Shown in pieces: positions 1 to 12,183 of a stretch of 64,000 nucleotides of DNA. The notes below the pieces were generated by a model, which saw nothing but the letters and a program-made list of their open reading frames with translations, ran no database searches and had not been told where the DNA came from. The stretch covers positions 806,001-870,000 of the forward strand of contig CP110439.1 of assembly GCA_026914245.1 (NCBI GenBank), written 5' to 3'. Within the stretch, counting starts at the first letter, position 1, and each line of letters begins with the position of its first letter. Position numbers and translations under genes: made by a program. This stretch comes from Puccinia triticina. Taxonomy: Eukaryota.

Positions 1-69
1 ATATTTTATTTCTCGAATTCCGCCCTCTAGCTATCAAAACCTTCTACTTTCTTCCCATCAACTGATAAA

Positions 70-2610
70 ATGTTTATCAAAATCTTAATCATTATAAGCG
101 CATGGTCTACCTCATCAACATTTGGTATGCCTATTGATGAGACAGTTGAAATTCATGCCACAAGCAGTGCTGGTGAACACCTATGGGGTAAATTCTCCTG
201 ATCTGATTCCATAAAATCATCATATGTTGATGACTAATTTTTATCTCAACCCTGAACTCAAATTAAACAGCCCTTCCAGTATCACCAACAGATAGAGAGA
301 TGGAAGAGCTTTCAACAAAAGCTTCCTTTTGTGGTACCTTTGGAAAAGATGCATTTCTGGTCAATACTAAAGAAGATGTTGAAGATAGGAAATTTTTGTT
401 TAAATATATCTATCAAGGATCCCCCTCATCTGCCCCTTTGACCATTGAACAATGTTGGTAAATCATTCAATCTAGAAAGATTTTGAACTGCTCTATTTCA
501 ATATCATGAGGCTAACTCTAGCTATCTTTGCAGATAAAAAGATGATTGAGGATAAGGAGAAACACGGTGAGTTTAGCTTTGATTATCTTGTTTTTTTTTG
601 TATAAATTTGCATGCAGTTGCTTCACATATGGTGTTGGGGGGTGAGGATTTTTTTGCTTTTGAAACACAAAGAGAATTTTTAGACTCTTTCAAGGAATGA
701 GTATTGTCATGCTGCTACTGTCAATTTTTGGAAGACTGCTCAAATGTACTGGAACAGCCCGGGCGACTAGTTTAGTGAAGAAGAGTTCTTGGCACCAGTT
801 TACTGAAATGCATTTGGGGGAACTCCTCCTTGTTGAATTGGTATACCCAGAGCCAAGTTTTCTGGGACACAATCTTTGTTGATTTACTTGTAAAATCAGG
901 AAGTTGCCAGGGTCCCTCCCTTGGCAAAAGGTTGACTAAAGGTGCCAGTTGGTCCAGTATTTTCCAAAGAATTAAATAAATGAACCCTCTTTGTGTTTTA
1001 AAAATTAAAACCCGCCCCCATGAAGCACACAATCATGAGATCACAGGCAGACCCTGCAGCCTGCATGAAGAGTACAGAACCACTAAAAATAAGCTGCTAA
1101 CAGGTGAATATTCTTGTTTTTTTATGTACATACAGAGAAAATGAGCTCTCTTTATCAAGATTCACGGGATGTTGAAGCAATGTTTGAAGACGTTAGGAAA
1201 TATCTTACACTCAGTCAAAAAGAAAATTTGGTTGACAAGGAGACAATTGAAAGGTATTTGAAGGCATTCAAAATTTCTGAAGAATTTAAAAATAGGATTT
1301 CACTCTTCAAGCAAGTCAGGTTTTGGGCAATAGTACATTCTGAGTTAAATGGATCACAAAAAACACAATCAAGAAATAACTCAGATATTCTTCAAATAAT
1401 ATTAAAGAATTCACAGAATGGTCAGATTTCACAATGGTTTCAAGAAATTATACCCACTCAACTACTGCCACTAATTCCAGAAAGGATATGGAAGGATCAT
1501 GCAAGCAAACTTGTCAAGGATATATTAAAACACATTGGGGATTATAAATCAGAACATGAATTTGATTTTCTCCAATCTGGTTCAATCATACATGTATACT
1601 GCTTTCCTCATCTGTTTAAGACCATTGATTTCTTGTACAAGAATGAATTCATTGATTCACAGTCCATAAAGAGGTTATTTCAAAATAGGGACATGTTTAA
1701 ACTAGCAAAAATATGCACACATCACTATTTTCAGAGTGGAAGTGAATGGTATAGCAATGATAGTTTGGCAGGAATAAATGAACACTGGGTCTGGCCATTT
1801 GGGTTCAAGTTTTATGAGGGTAAGCTATTTGATCTAGATTGACATGTGGATTTCAGATTTTGGGCAGAATCTTAACAAATCCTTTGGCAAAAAAATAATA
1901 CAGCCCTCAATAAAGAAGATCAAGTGAAGCTGAATCTCAAGTACTTGATATCAAATATAAAGGCATCAGGAAAAGCAGAATTCATATTGCATACAACTGA
2001 AGAATGGGAAGCTATATCCAATTCATTGGTGAAGTATGACAAGTATATTGAAAAAGAAGAGGATCAACAAACCAATTCAAAAAATGTAATATCAGAAAAC
2101 ATTGAAGAGGATGTCAAAAACCTTCTAGTTGTTCTACTAATGATAAATGAACCTCAAAAAATATCACAGTATGCTCATGCAAGAAAACTATTTACTAAAG
2201 ATTTATGTGAGCTTATTGATTTTATTGAAAAGAATTTTTGTCCAGGGGTTGTAAAAAAGGTTTGTGGAACTGAACTAGGGAACGAAGATGAATATCACTC
2301 ATTACTCATATCATCAAGGATAAATAATTTAGCCTACATGGCAAGAATGTATAAGGTATTTTCTGTAATTGGGATGCCCAATCTAAAAAACTATCCAAGC
2401 AAAACTAAATATACACGTAGAGCTTATATCAATAAAATATTGGGCCTCTATCCTGAATTCTTGAATATAACCCCACCATTAGATAGAAATAATCAACTCT
2501 GGTGGACCAAATTCAATACACCCAGGAAGTGTCTCCTACAAAATTTAAATTGCCTGGAAGATTCAAGTTATATCAGGAAAATAGTTGATCCAGGGACACT
2601 TTGGGAATAA
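70..2610 (+). CDS. Putative secreted protein of unknown function, 5 exons, ~574 aa
   Basis: Manual model: exons 70-187, 271-453, 534-566, 1136-1819, 1904-2610, all GT..AG and in one open frame. It joins ORFs 1114..1842 and 1924..2610. N-terminus MFIKILIIISAWSTSSTFG-MP looks like a signal peptide. Confidence 0.65.
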
Positions 2611-3233
2611 ATGGAAGGCATCTGAATTTTTATCAATGAAGAACACATTTCATGAGTTTGAAATGAAGTATTTCATGATAAATCTCTCCAAAAAATGAAT
2701 TGAAAAATGAATAGGCATAAGGACTTCCTGACAAGCTGGAAAACCAGATTTTCTAAGATTTTGCAAAGAAATCAAGGCAGATCAAGGCTTTGGGCCAATT
2801 AAGCCTAGATTTCATTTACAGGAGGACCTCCATTTACATGCCTAAATAAGAAAGCTCAATTTATTTCTCCTCCTGAAAAATAAGAACCTTAGCACTCACT
2901 GTTAGTCACTTTCTTGAGATTTATCATTTTCTTCATGTTTGAAACTTTTTTTCTCTGATTTATCATTTCACTCTATTTAAAGTTTTTGTTTCTCTCTTTA
3001 TGGGATTTCCACCTCTTCCCATGGAATTCAGAATGGTTAATCTCTTGTTCAGTTTTTTTTTGGAGATCTGTGATGTACCAATGTGAGAGTTGTTCATTTT
3101 GCGCTTGTTGGTGGGTACCTGCCAACAGGTGCAAAATGCCCATCAGACCATCTCTATACCATTCCCGGGAGGATTTCTCTTTCTGAGAACTTGAAGGAAT
3201 ACTCCCCCAGAGAAATTTCAAAAAGCCCAGCTC

Positions 3234-5966
3234 TAGACATGGTCACTTCAAACCCGTTGCGGGTATCCGCTATCCGCTGGCAGGTACCCGCTGGAGGCCC
3301 TCGGGTACCCGCCAGCGGATGAGGATGTCTGAGATTCCGGCAGAATCCAGCGGGTACCCGTGTATTCCGGCGGGTATCCGCTCTCCCTAGGGTATGGGAG
3401 CTGCAGGGGTTGGCAGCCACAAAGCCGTTGTATGTTGCTGTCAATGTCAATCGGGGGGAGTCCCTCCCGGTCAACAGCAACATACAATAGTTGACCGGGA
3501 TGAGTCCTTCCCGGTCGACAGGCATATCGAGCAGTCAACCAGGAGAAATCCCTCCCGGGTGACAAATAGACATACCAGTCAACCGGGAGGGACGACTATA
3601 CACACCAGTCAACCGGGAGGGACGACTATACACACCAGTCAACCGGGAGCAATCCCTCCCGGTATGGAGCTCCGTCCGGTACAGGCCGGCGGGAGCGCTG
3701 GGAGGGGAAAGATGTTGGAGTGACTGCCCTCTGTGTTGGTCCGCGAAAGAGTCGTGAAGATCGGATAAATAGCGTTGGGAATGGGGGGGGGGAGAGTGGT
3801 TTTGAGTTTGGTACAACGAGAGTTTGACACTCGTCGGCGGTTTTGAGTTTTGGGTTTGGTGGGAGATTATCAGAAGAGAAGATCGAAAAGGCACGTGCGT
3901 AAAATTCAAGGTTAGATCGGCGAAAGATATCAGAAAGATCAATAATATTTCAATAGCCTCCGACTTGGATCAGTCCAGAATGCTATAGCCTCCTCTCCTA
4001 CAAGTTCGTCCGGAACTTGGATTCCTGGAGACCTGTCACATACGGATCATCATCTCCCTCGCGCGCCTACCCACCATAAACAACAGAAGAAAAAGAAAGG
4101 AAAACACAAACAAGAAAAACATAAAAAGAAACAGGATCATGAATAAGACAAGAGATGACTAAGAGATGAGAGCAGACAGAAGGAACAGCAGCAGATTGAT
4201 CAGAAGAAGACAACAAACTAGAAATAAAACCACAGGGACAAAACTCTGTGTTAGGACCAAGAAATGTAAACAATGAGTTTGAGAAAGAAAGGAAGAAACA
4301 ACAATAAATGGGGGGGGGGGGGAAAGGAAAGGTTGGAAATGAGGAGCTGGAATCCTGAAGGCCTGAACCGTGAATCTTGACGACTGATGCCAGCAAGAGC
4401 AGAAACTGAGAACTGATCTTGAATGTCTTGATCCTTCACGTGTACCGGTCTGGCCACCACACCGGTCAACAACTATACACACCAGAATCCCTCCCGGTTG
4501 ACAACTAGACATACCAGTTGACTGGGAGGAATTGCTCCCGGTGTGGTATGCTTTATGGTTACCCATCTAGCTCATTTCAAAATTTACTTTTTCCTCATAT
4601 GTACACTCTCAAATCAACCAATATGGCGGCACCACTGGATTCTACGGCCAAAACTACACAGGACACCATGGACAACACACCTTACACCCCTCTGGATCAG
4701 AAGATACAACCCCTTCAAGACACCATTATTCAGTTACATACACACAAAACACCATACTCAGGTCATGTAATCCGTTACATGAACCACACTTACCCAGGAC
4801 ATGTAATCAGCTACATGGACCACCCTGACAGCTTGTCTACCCTTTACATATACTTTACCTCATCAGCTGCACTCATTACATTGTGCTATGCACATGTCAT
4901 GCAGTGTCATGCAGTGTTATGCACACTTGATGCAGGCTTATGCAGTCTAATGCAGTCTTATGCAGGTGCATGCAGACTAGTGTAATAGGGGCTGCAGCCT
5001 GAAAGTTGACAGATGACATCATTCAGGTGTCAAGATAGCAAAAACCCCTCATGCAGCTTGCAGATGACATCAGTTGACAGGCCAGGCCAGCTAAAACATC
5101 TCACTTCCTATTTCTCACTAGCTAAATTCCCTCATATGACATCATGACCTCACGTAACCTGTCAACCACCAGCCAAAATACCTCATTGTAGTGTTCAGGG
5201 CAGCTAAAACCCCTCATTCTCTTGTTCCCCTGGAGCTAAAATGTCTCACTTTTTTCTATTTAAGGAGGCTCTCCTCCCCCCAGTTGTAATTTCTCTCAGC
5301 AAACTACTTGCACTCAGCTTACCCCACAACAGTACAATACTTGCTCACTCTATAGTATTAGCCCCACTCTATATTGTGGTTTTACACCCTTGCATACAAA
5401 TTACAACCTCATTAAAACACTTGCACATCAGCTACATCACCATAACCCTTAAGCCACCTTCTCAAAGTAGGTTATCTTTTGATACACCTCTACTATCACT
5501 ACATTAACCCTTCCGATTGTAGATTGGGGGGCTTTTTTTAGTGTCTAGTGACCCAGGAAAGGCAGAGGTAACCTCATACATCCCTTTCCGCACTCAGCAA
5601 AAGGTTCTCAGGAACACTTTTTAGCTTTACAACAGATGACGACTATACACACCAGTCAACCAGGAGGAATCCCTCCTGGTCAACAGTCATATCAAGCAGT
5701 CGACCGGGAGGAGTCCCTCCCCACATTGAGCATTCAACCGGGAGGAGTCCCTCCCGGTCAACAGCCATATGGAGCAGTTGGCCAGGAGAAGTGCCTCCTG
5801 GTTGACTGAAATATGCAGCAGTCAACCGGTAAGCAAATTTTGAGGGGAGGGTATCCGCCCAGACGCGCGGGTACCCGCTGTTGGATGCGGACGCCAGGAA
5901 ATAGCTAAAATTGGCCGCGGGTATCCAAACACGCGCGGGTACCCGGATACCAAGCACCCATCTCTA
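3234..5966. mobile_element. Non-autonomous hAT-like DNA element (contains solo LTR 4542-5631)
   Basis: Imperfect TIRs TAGACATGG / CCATCTCTA; 8-bp flanks CCCAGCTC (3226-3233) vs ACCAGCTC (5967-5974). GC-rich GGGTACCCG subterminal motifs and internal ~30-45 bp tandem repeats. Confidence 0.6.
4542..5631 (+). mobile_element. Solo LTR (Gypsy-type family), copy 1
   Basis: TGTGGTATG...CTTTACA termini; homologous end-to-end with the inverted copy at 6264-9771. No TSD visible. Confidence 0.7.
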
Positions 5967-6099
5967 ACCAGCTCTGTCTTACAATGAACCTAGCTCAACA
6001 GACGAAGATGATGAGTACGTGTGGGGAAGGATAATTATTCATTGCAACAACAAAGAAAGGAAAAGAGAGAAAGAAAAAAAAAAACTGCTCACCTAGCTC

Positions 6100-6259
6100 A
6101 ATGGATGAAGATGATGAGTATGCGTGGAGATCTGTTCTAAATCGGGCACAATCCAGCTTCTCTGGTGTGATGCCCTGGTGTGTCTGGGGCTGCGGAATTT
6201 TCTCATCAAGCAAAATAGAAAGGAGGATTGGTTGATGGTTGGAGGCATGGTTATCCAGA
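6100..6259 (-). pseudogene. LINE ORF2 fragment (end of AP endonuclease)
   Basis: ALDNHASNHQPILL matches the APE SDH-type C-terminal motif and continues in frame from ...QHVKQCRV at 9776 once the solo LTR is removed. Left boundary approximate. Confidence 0.75.
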
Positions 6260-6899
6260 GCAATGTAAAGTTCCAAAGTGTTCCTGAGAACCTTTTGCTG
6301 AGTGCTGAAAGGGATGAATGAGGTTACCTCTGCCTTTACTGGGTCACTAGACAATAAAACAAGCCCCCCAATCTATGATTGGAAGGTTTAATGTAGTGAT
6401 AGTGGAGGTGTATCAAAAGATAGCCTACTTTGAGCAGGTGGCTTGAGGGTTATGGTGATGTAGCTGATGTGTAAGTGTTGTAATGAGGTTGTAATTTGTA
6501 TGCAAGGGTGTAAAACCACAATATAAAGTGGGGCTAATACTGTAGAGTGAGCAAGTATTGTACTGTTATGGGGTAAGCTGAGTGCAAGTAGTTTTCTGAG
6601 AGAAAGTACAACTGGGGGGAGGAGAGCCTCCTTAAATAGAAAAGAGTGAGACATTTTAGCTCCAGGGGAACAAGAGAATGAGGGGTTTTAGCTGCCCTAA
6701 ATACTACAATGAGGTATTTTGGCTGGTGGTTGACAGGTTACGTGAGGGAATTTAGCTAGTGAGAAATAGGAGGTGAGATGTTTTAGCTGGCCTGGCCTGT
6801 CAAATGATGTCATCTGCAGGCTGCATGAGGGGTTTGTGCTATCTTGACACCAGCATGATGTCATCTGTCAACTGTCAGACTGCAGCCCCTATTACACTA

Positions 6900-8079
6900 C
6901 ACCACGGCAGTCCACCGACGTCGGGTTACCAATTGTTTTTGCGGGCAGTCTGACCCTCCCCGACCCCGCCAAACTTTGTTGGTTGCCGCCGTCGAGCTGC
7001 CGAGGTTTGCAGCCACCCTGTCGGCCAGCCAACAAAGGCTGTTGCATGTCCGACCGCCAGCAGGGGCAGGTCGTTGACAGGCTGCCCTTGTTCAAACAAA
7101 TCTCTCAGCGACTCTCCAGGTCGTGAGATTATTGTTTTTGGGCAGCCAGGAGCGGCCCGTCAGCAATCAGCTGTCGAGCCACCCATCATGTGATGGGTGC
7201 GTGGGATCATGTACTCGCACCTCTGCCGTGAGAGGCTGTGAGAGGCCGTGAGAGTCCAGGCATGAGACACTCGGCGCGCGGCAAAAATGTCTTCCAAGCG
7301 AGGCTCAAACTGATGTTGCAATGGAGCAAAAGCTCAGAGACACTGCATCTGCCAACTCGGCCACAAACCAATTGATTGTTTGGTTGGTAGGATTGGAGTA
7401 TGGGATGTAGCATCCTCAAGATGGGCTGACCCAATTTTTTGCGAAGTCATTTTTTGTCAAAAAAAAAAAAAAACTCTTCAATTTTTTTTTTTCTCGAGCT
7501 CTCACATACAATTATAACCTCTGAGATGAATAAGAAATGCAACGCTGAGGGAGGCCTCAACGGCAAGCCAGCGGCAAAACGCGGTCATCCTGACCCGGGT
7601 GAGCCTCGGGGAGACAGCTTCCGGGTTGGTTTGACAGCCCTGTGAGCTCAAGTCTTGAGTATCAGATATGTCAGAAAGAAGACTGACCGTCGCGAGACGC
7701 CGACGACGTGCTGCCCTGCATTCGCACGGCAGCCCGACAGTGTGTCTTATGTTGTCGGGTTGTCGCTCCGAGGGAGCCCAGGACGAGGTCGGCTACCGGG
7801 CGGCTGACAGGCAGCGCGAGTTGGGTCGAGCCACCGGGTCGCCGCCAGGCAACTGACCGGTAGGCTTGCGGCAGATTGACCGAGGTGGTCGCCTGTTGTC
7901 AAGAGGTACGGCAGCCTGACGGTTGGAGATCCCAACGACGTGCTGCCCTGCATTCGCACGGCAGCCTGACAGGACGGACACCCTGACGCCGTGCTGCTGT
8001 GCATTCACACAGTAGGCCAACGTGTGTCCCTTTCTCGTTGGGTTGTCGGTCCGAGGGAGCCAAAATCGCTCTTGTGGTG
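6900..8079. mobile_element. Non-autonomous DNA element with CACCAC termini (CACTA/CMC-like)
   Basis: CACCAC...GTGGTG ends with TA duplication (6898-6899, 8080-8081). The empty site is seen in LTR copy 1 (GCAGACTAGTGTAAT, ~4972-4986). Confidence 0.8.
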
Positions 8080-8206
8080 TAGTCTGCATGCACCTGCATA
8101 AGAATGCATAAGCCTGCATCAAGTGTGCATAACACTGCATGACATGTGCATAGCACAATGTAATGAGTGCAGCTGATGAGGTAAAGTATATGTAAAGGGT
8201 AGACAA

Positions 8207-9472
8207 TAGAGATCGCCAAGTGGACCCGTGCACGGGTACCCAGCACCCGCGCGCGGGTGCCGTGTACGGGTCCGGGTGCGGGATTTCGGGCAAAAAAGCA
8301 CCAGGTACCCGGATACCCGCCAAAAATACCCGCGGCAGGCGGGTCTTCCAGGTACCCGGGTACCCGCTGTTACGGTCACCGAGGGGGTTGATTCCTCGAG
8401 ATGACCGGGACAGATCCTGGTCATCAAGGGGAATCAGCCCTCTCGATGACCGGGACAGACCCCGGTCATCGAGAGGAATAGTACAGCCCTCTCGATGACC
8501 GCATCAAGAAGAATCAGCCCTCCCAATGACCGGGATCTGTGGCCTAGTCATCGGGAGGGTTGTTTTCTCTCGATGACCGGGACAGATCCTGGTCATCGGG
8601 AGGAATCAACCCTCTTGATGACTGGGACAGACCCCGGTCATTGAGAGGAATTGAACCCTCTAGGTGACCCGGACAGATCTTGGTCATCAAGGGGAATCAG
8701 CCCTCTCAATGGCCGGGACAGATCCCGGTCATCGAGAGGAAACAACCCTCTCCATGACCGGGACAGAACCCGGTCATCGTGAGGAAACAACCCTCTCGAT
8801 GACCGGGATAGAACCCGGTCATCGAGAGGGTTGTTTCCTCTTGATGACTGGGACAGACCCCGGTCATCAAGAGGAAACAAGCCTCTCGATGAGCGGGGTC
8901 TATCCCGGTCATCGAGAGGAAACAAGCCTCTCGATGAGCGGGGTCTATCCCGGTCATCGAGAGGAAACAAGCCTCTCGATGAGCGGGGTCTATCCCGGTC
9001 ATCGAGAGGAAACAAGCCTCTCGATGAGCGGGGTCTATCCCGGTCATCGAGAGGAAACAAGCCTCTTGATGAGCGGGGTCTATCCCGGTCATCAAGAGGA
9101 AACAAGCCTCTCGATGAGCGGGGTCTATCCCGGTCATCAAGAGGAAACAAGCCTCTCGATGAGCGGGGTCTATCCCGGTCATCGAGAGGAACCATCACTC
9201 CCGATGACCAGGATCTGTCCCGGTCATCAAGAGGAAACAACCCTCCCGATGACTGGGACAGAGCCCGGTCATCGGGAGGAACCATCACTCCCGATGAACA
9301 GTCTGTAGCTGTCATCGAGTGAGAGTGTTGGATAAAAAAAAGCACAAGTACCCGCGGTACCCGCAAAAAGTACCGCGGGTGCCGTGTACGGGTACGGGTG
9401 TCTGAATATCACAAAAAACACCGCGGGTACCCGGACACGCGGCGGGTACCCGGGTCCACTTGGCAATCTCTA
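8207..9472. mobile_element. Non-autonomous hAT-like element
   Basis: TIR TAGAGAT(C/T)GCCAAGTGGACCCG; perfect 8-bp TSD GTAGACAA (8199-8206, 9473-9480). Empty site present at ~4831-4850. Confidence 0.92.
8380..9300. repeat. 45-bp tandem array with internal palindrome
   Basis: Unit GAGGAAACAAGCCTCTCGATGAGCGGGGTCTATCCCGGTCATCGA, near-identical copies ~8871-9190. It generates the 15-aa repeat ORFs in several frames. Confidence 0.9.
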
Positions 9473-9775
9473 GTAGACAAGCTGTCAGGGTGGTCCATGT
9501 AACAGATTACATGTCCTGGGTAAGGGTGGTTCATGTAACAGATTACATGACCTGAGTATGGTGTTTTGTGTGTATGTAACTGAATAATGGTGTCTTGAAG
9601 GGGTTGTATCTTCTGATCCAGAGGGCTGTAAGGTGTGTTGTCCATGGTGTCCTGTGTAGTTTTGGCCGTAGAATCCCGTGGTGCCACCATATTGGGTGAT
9701 TTGTGAGTATAAATATAAGAAAAAAGGGAGTTTTGAAATGGGCTAGATGGGTAACCATAAAGCATACCACAGCAA

Positions 9776-9967
9776 CTCTGCATTGTTTGACATGTTGTTT
9801 GCAGCATACATTAACCCAACATAAGTCAATTGCAGTTTGTGCCCCCTTGGGATTCAGAAAGGTTGGTATCCCAGCCGGCAAGGCAAGGATGAATCCCTTC
9901 TGCCCGCACAGCTTTATCAGGTCTTTTGAGGTCAAGTGTGTATGATGATAGTTTGGAGGATTCCAAC
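9776..9967 (-). pseudogene. LINE ORF2 fragment (AP endonuclease)
   Basis: NSCWNPPNY...GIPTF...TAIDLCWVN matches the APE PTF...IDL motifs. Confidence 0.8.
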
Positions 9968-9975
9968 AAGAGTTA

Positions 9976-11517
9976 GGGTCTGCCTTTTTGCACACCAAAA
10001 AATTACCCCGCGCACACCAAAAAGGTGTGCAAGTCTGTGCACACCACATTTATTGGTGTGCATGTCTGTGCACTCCAATTTCCATGGAGTGCGGGTCAGG
10101 TACTCCAAAGACCACGCTTCCCTGGAGTTCTCAATGACCGGTTGATGCTGGTCATTGGGAGGACTCATCCCTCTAGATGACCGGTATAGACCGGTCATTG
10201 GGAGGACTCATCCCTCTAGATGACCGGTATAGACCGGTCATTAGGAGGAAACAGCCCTCTCTATGACCGGTGCTGGTCATTGGGAGGACTCATCCCTCCC
10301 GATCATTCATTGGGAGGACTCATCCCTCCCGATCATTCATTGGGAGGACTCATCCCTCCCAATCATCGGGAGGACTCATCCCTCCCAATCATCGGGAGGA
10401 CTCATCCCTCCCGATCATCGGGAGGACTCATCCCTCCCAATCATCGGGAGGACTCATCCCTCCCGATCATCGGGAGGACTCATCCCTCCCAATCATTGGG
10501 AAGACTCATCCTTGCGAATCATCGGGAGGACTCATCACTCCCAATAATCGGGAGGAAACAACCCTCTCAATGACCGGTGGTGGTCATCGGGAGGACTCAT
10601 CCCTCTCGATGACCGGGGTAGACCGGTCATTGAGAGAGCTGTTTCCTCCTGATGGCCGGTCTATACCGGTCATTGAGAGGAATGAGTCCTCCCGATGCAT
10701 GGCGCTGGTCATGGGGAGGACTCATCCCTCTCGATGACCGGTATGGCCCGGTCATTGAGAGGAAACAACCCTCTCGATGACCGGTGCTGGTCATTGGGAG
10801 GACTCATCCCACCCATCCCTCTCGATGACCGGTCTGTCCCGGTCATCGAGAGGGTTGCTTCCTCCCGATGCCCGGGACAGACCGGTCATTGAGAGGGTTG
10901 CTTCCTCCCAATGACCGGGACAGACCGGTCATCAAGAGGAAGCAACCCCCTTGATGACCAATCTGTACCGGTCATCAAGAGGGATGAGTCCTCTCGATGA
11001 CTGGTGCTGGTCATGGGGAGGACTCATCTCCTTGATGACCGGTATAGACCGGTCATCGAGAGGGTTGAACTTGTTTCCTCCTGATGACCGATCAGGACTG
11101 ATCTGTATCCGTCATCAAGAGGGGTGAGTCCTCTCGATGACCGGTGCTGGTCATCGGGAGGACTCATCTCTCTCAATGACTGGTGCTGGTCATTGGGAGG
11201 ATCTCGATAATCAGCACCGGCCATCGAGAGGGATGTTTCCTCCCGATGACCGGTCTACCCTTGATGGCCGGTCTGCGGCGGCCGTCAAGGCGGGAGTGCA
11301 ACAGGGTGCACTCCAAGGTTTTTTGGAGTGCGCTTCTGCACACCCAGCATTTCCTGGAGTGAAAATAGTTCACTCCTAAAACCACATCTTTTTGGAGTGA
11401 ACTATTTTCACTCCAAGAAATGCTGGAGTGCACACCTGTGCACTCCAAAAAACTTTGGAGTGCACACCTTTTTTGGTGTGCGCGGGGTAATTTTTTGGTG
11501 TGCAAAAAGGCAGACCC
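9976..11517. mobile_element. Non-autonomous TIR element (hAT- or MULE-like)
   Basis: ~55-bp TIR starting GGGTCTGCCTTTTTGCACACC; TSD AAGAGTTA (9968-9975, 11518-11525; 9 bp if a terminal C is reassigned). Filled with 26-45 bp GATGACCGG/GGGAGGACTCATCCC repeats. Confidence 0.88.
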
Positions 11518-11699
11518 AAGAGTTATCACCAGGAAAAAAAAATAGTCACTTGATGACAAGTGACATCATGCCAGCTCCAGCGGGCTACCCACCATCTACC
11601 CACCATCTACCCATCATCTACCCACCATCTAACCAGTTTAAGAATTTCCACAGGAGATCCTCAGTTTTTGCTGGGCACCACTGATCCCCATTTCTGGTC

Positions 11700-12183
11700 A
11701 GCTGATACTCAGCTTTAGCTCCCAGCTTATGCTCAGCTTTGGTGCCCATCTCATGCTCAGCTTTGTTGCCCAGATCAGAACCAGTCCTGGCCCAGCTTAT
11801 TTTCAGCTTTATTCCAGTCATGGCTCAGCTTAGACTCAGATTAGGACTATCATTGGCCCAGCCAATGCTCAGCTTTGGACCAGTATTGGCTCAGCTGATT
11901 TTCAGCTTTGGATAAATCTTGGCCCAGCCAATGCTCAGATTCTGAGTCTGATCACTCCTGTAACAGCTTATGCTCATCTGTGGACCAGCCTTGGCTCAGC
12001 TGATGCTCAGCTGTGGAACAACCTTGGCTAAGACAATGCTCAGCTGTGGACCAGCCTTGGCTCAGCTGATGCTCAGCTGTGGAACAACCTTGGCTAAGAC
12101 AATGCTCAGCTGTGGACCAGCCTTGGCTCAGCTGATGCTCAGCTGTGGAACAACCTTGGCTAAGACAATGCTCAGCTGTGGAC
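11700..12183. repeat. 33-bp tandem array, left part
   Basis: Unit GCTCAGCTGTGGACCAGCCTTGGCTCAGCTGAT with alternating variants; interrupted by the Copia. Confidence 0.85.

Larger units (their letters stand above)
6264..9771 (-). mobile_element. Solo LTR copy 2 (inverted), carrying two nested DNA elements
   Basis: Reverse complement of 4542-5631 with TG..CA ends; 4-bp TSD GCAA at 6260-6263 and 9772-9775. Confidence 0.85.

Noticed and set aside
8380..9366. CRISPR-like palindromic repeat array and the long ORFs over it
   Set aside because: Units are head-to-tail with no unique spacers, no cas genes and a eukaryotic context. The ORFs in several frames are by-products of a stop-free 45-bp unit inside a TIR element.
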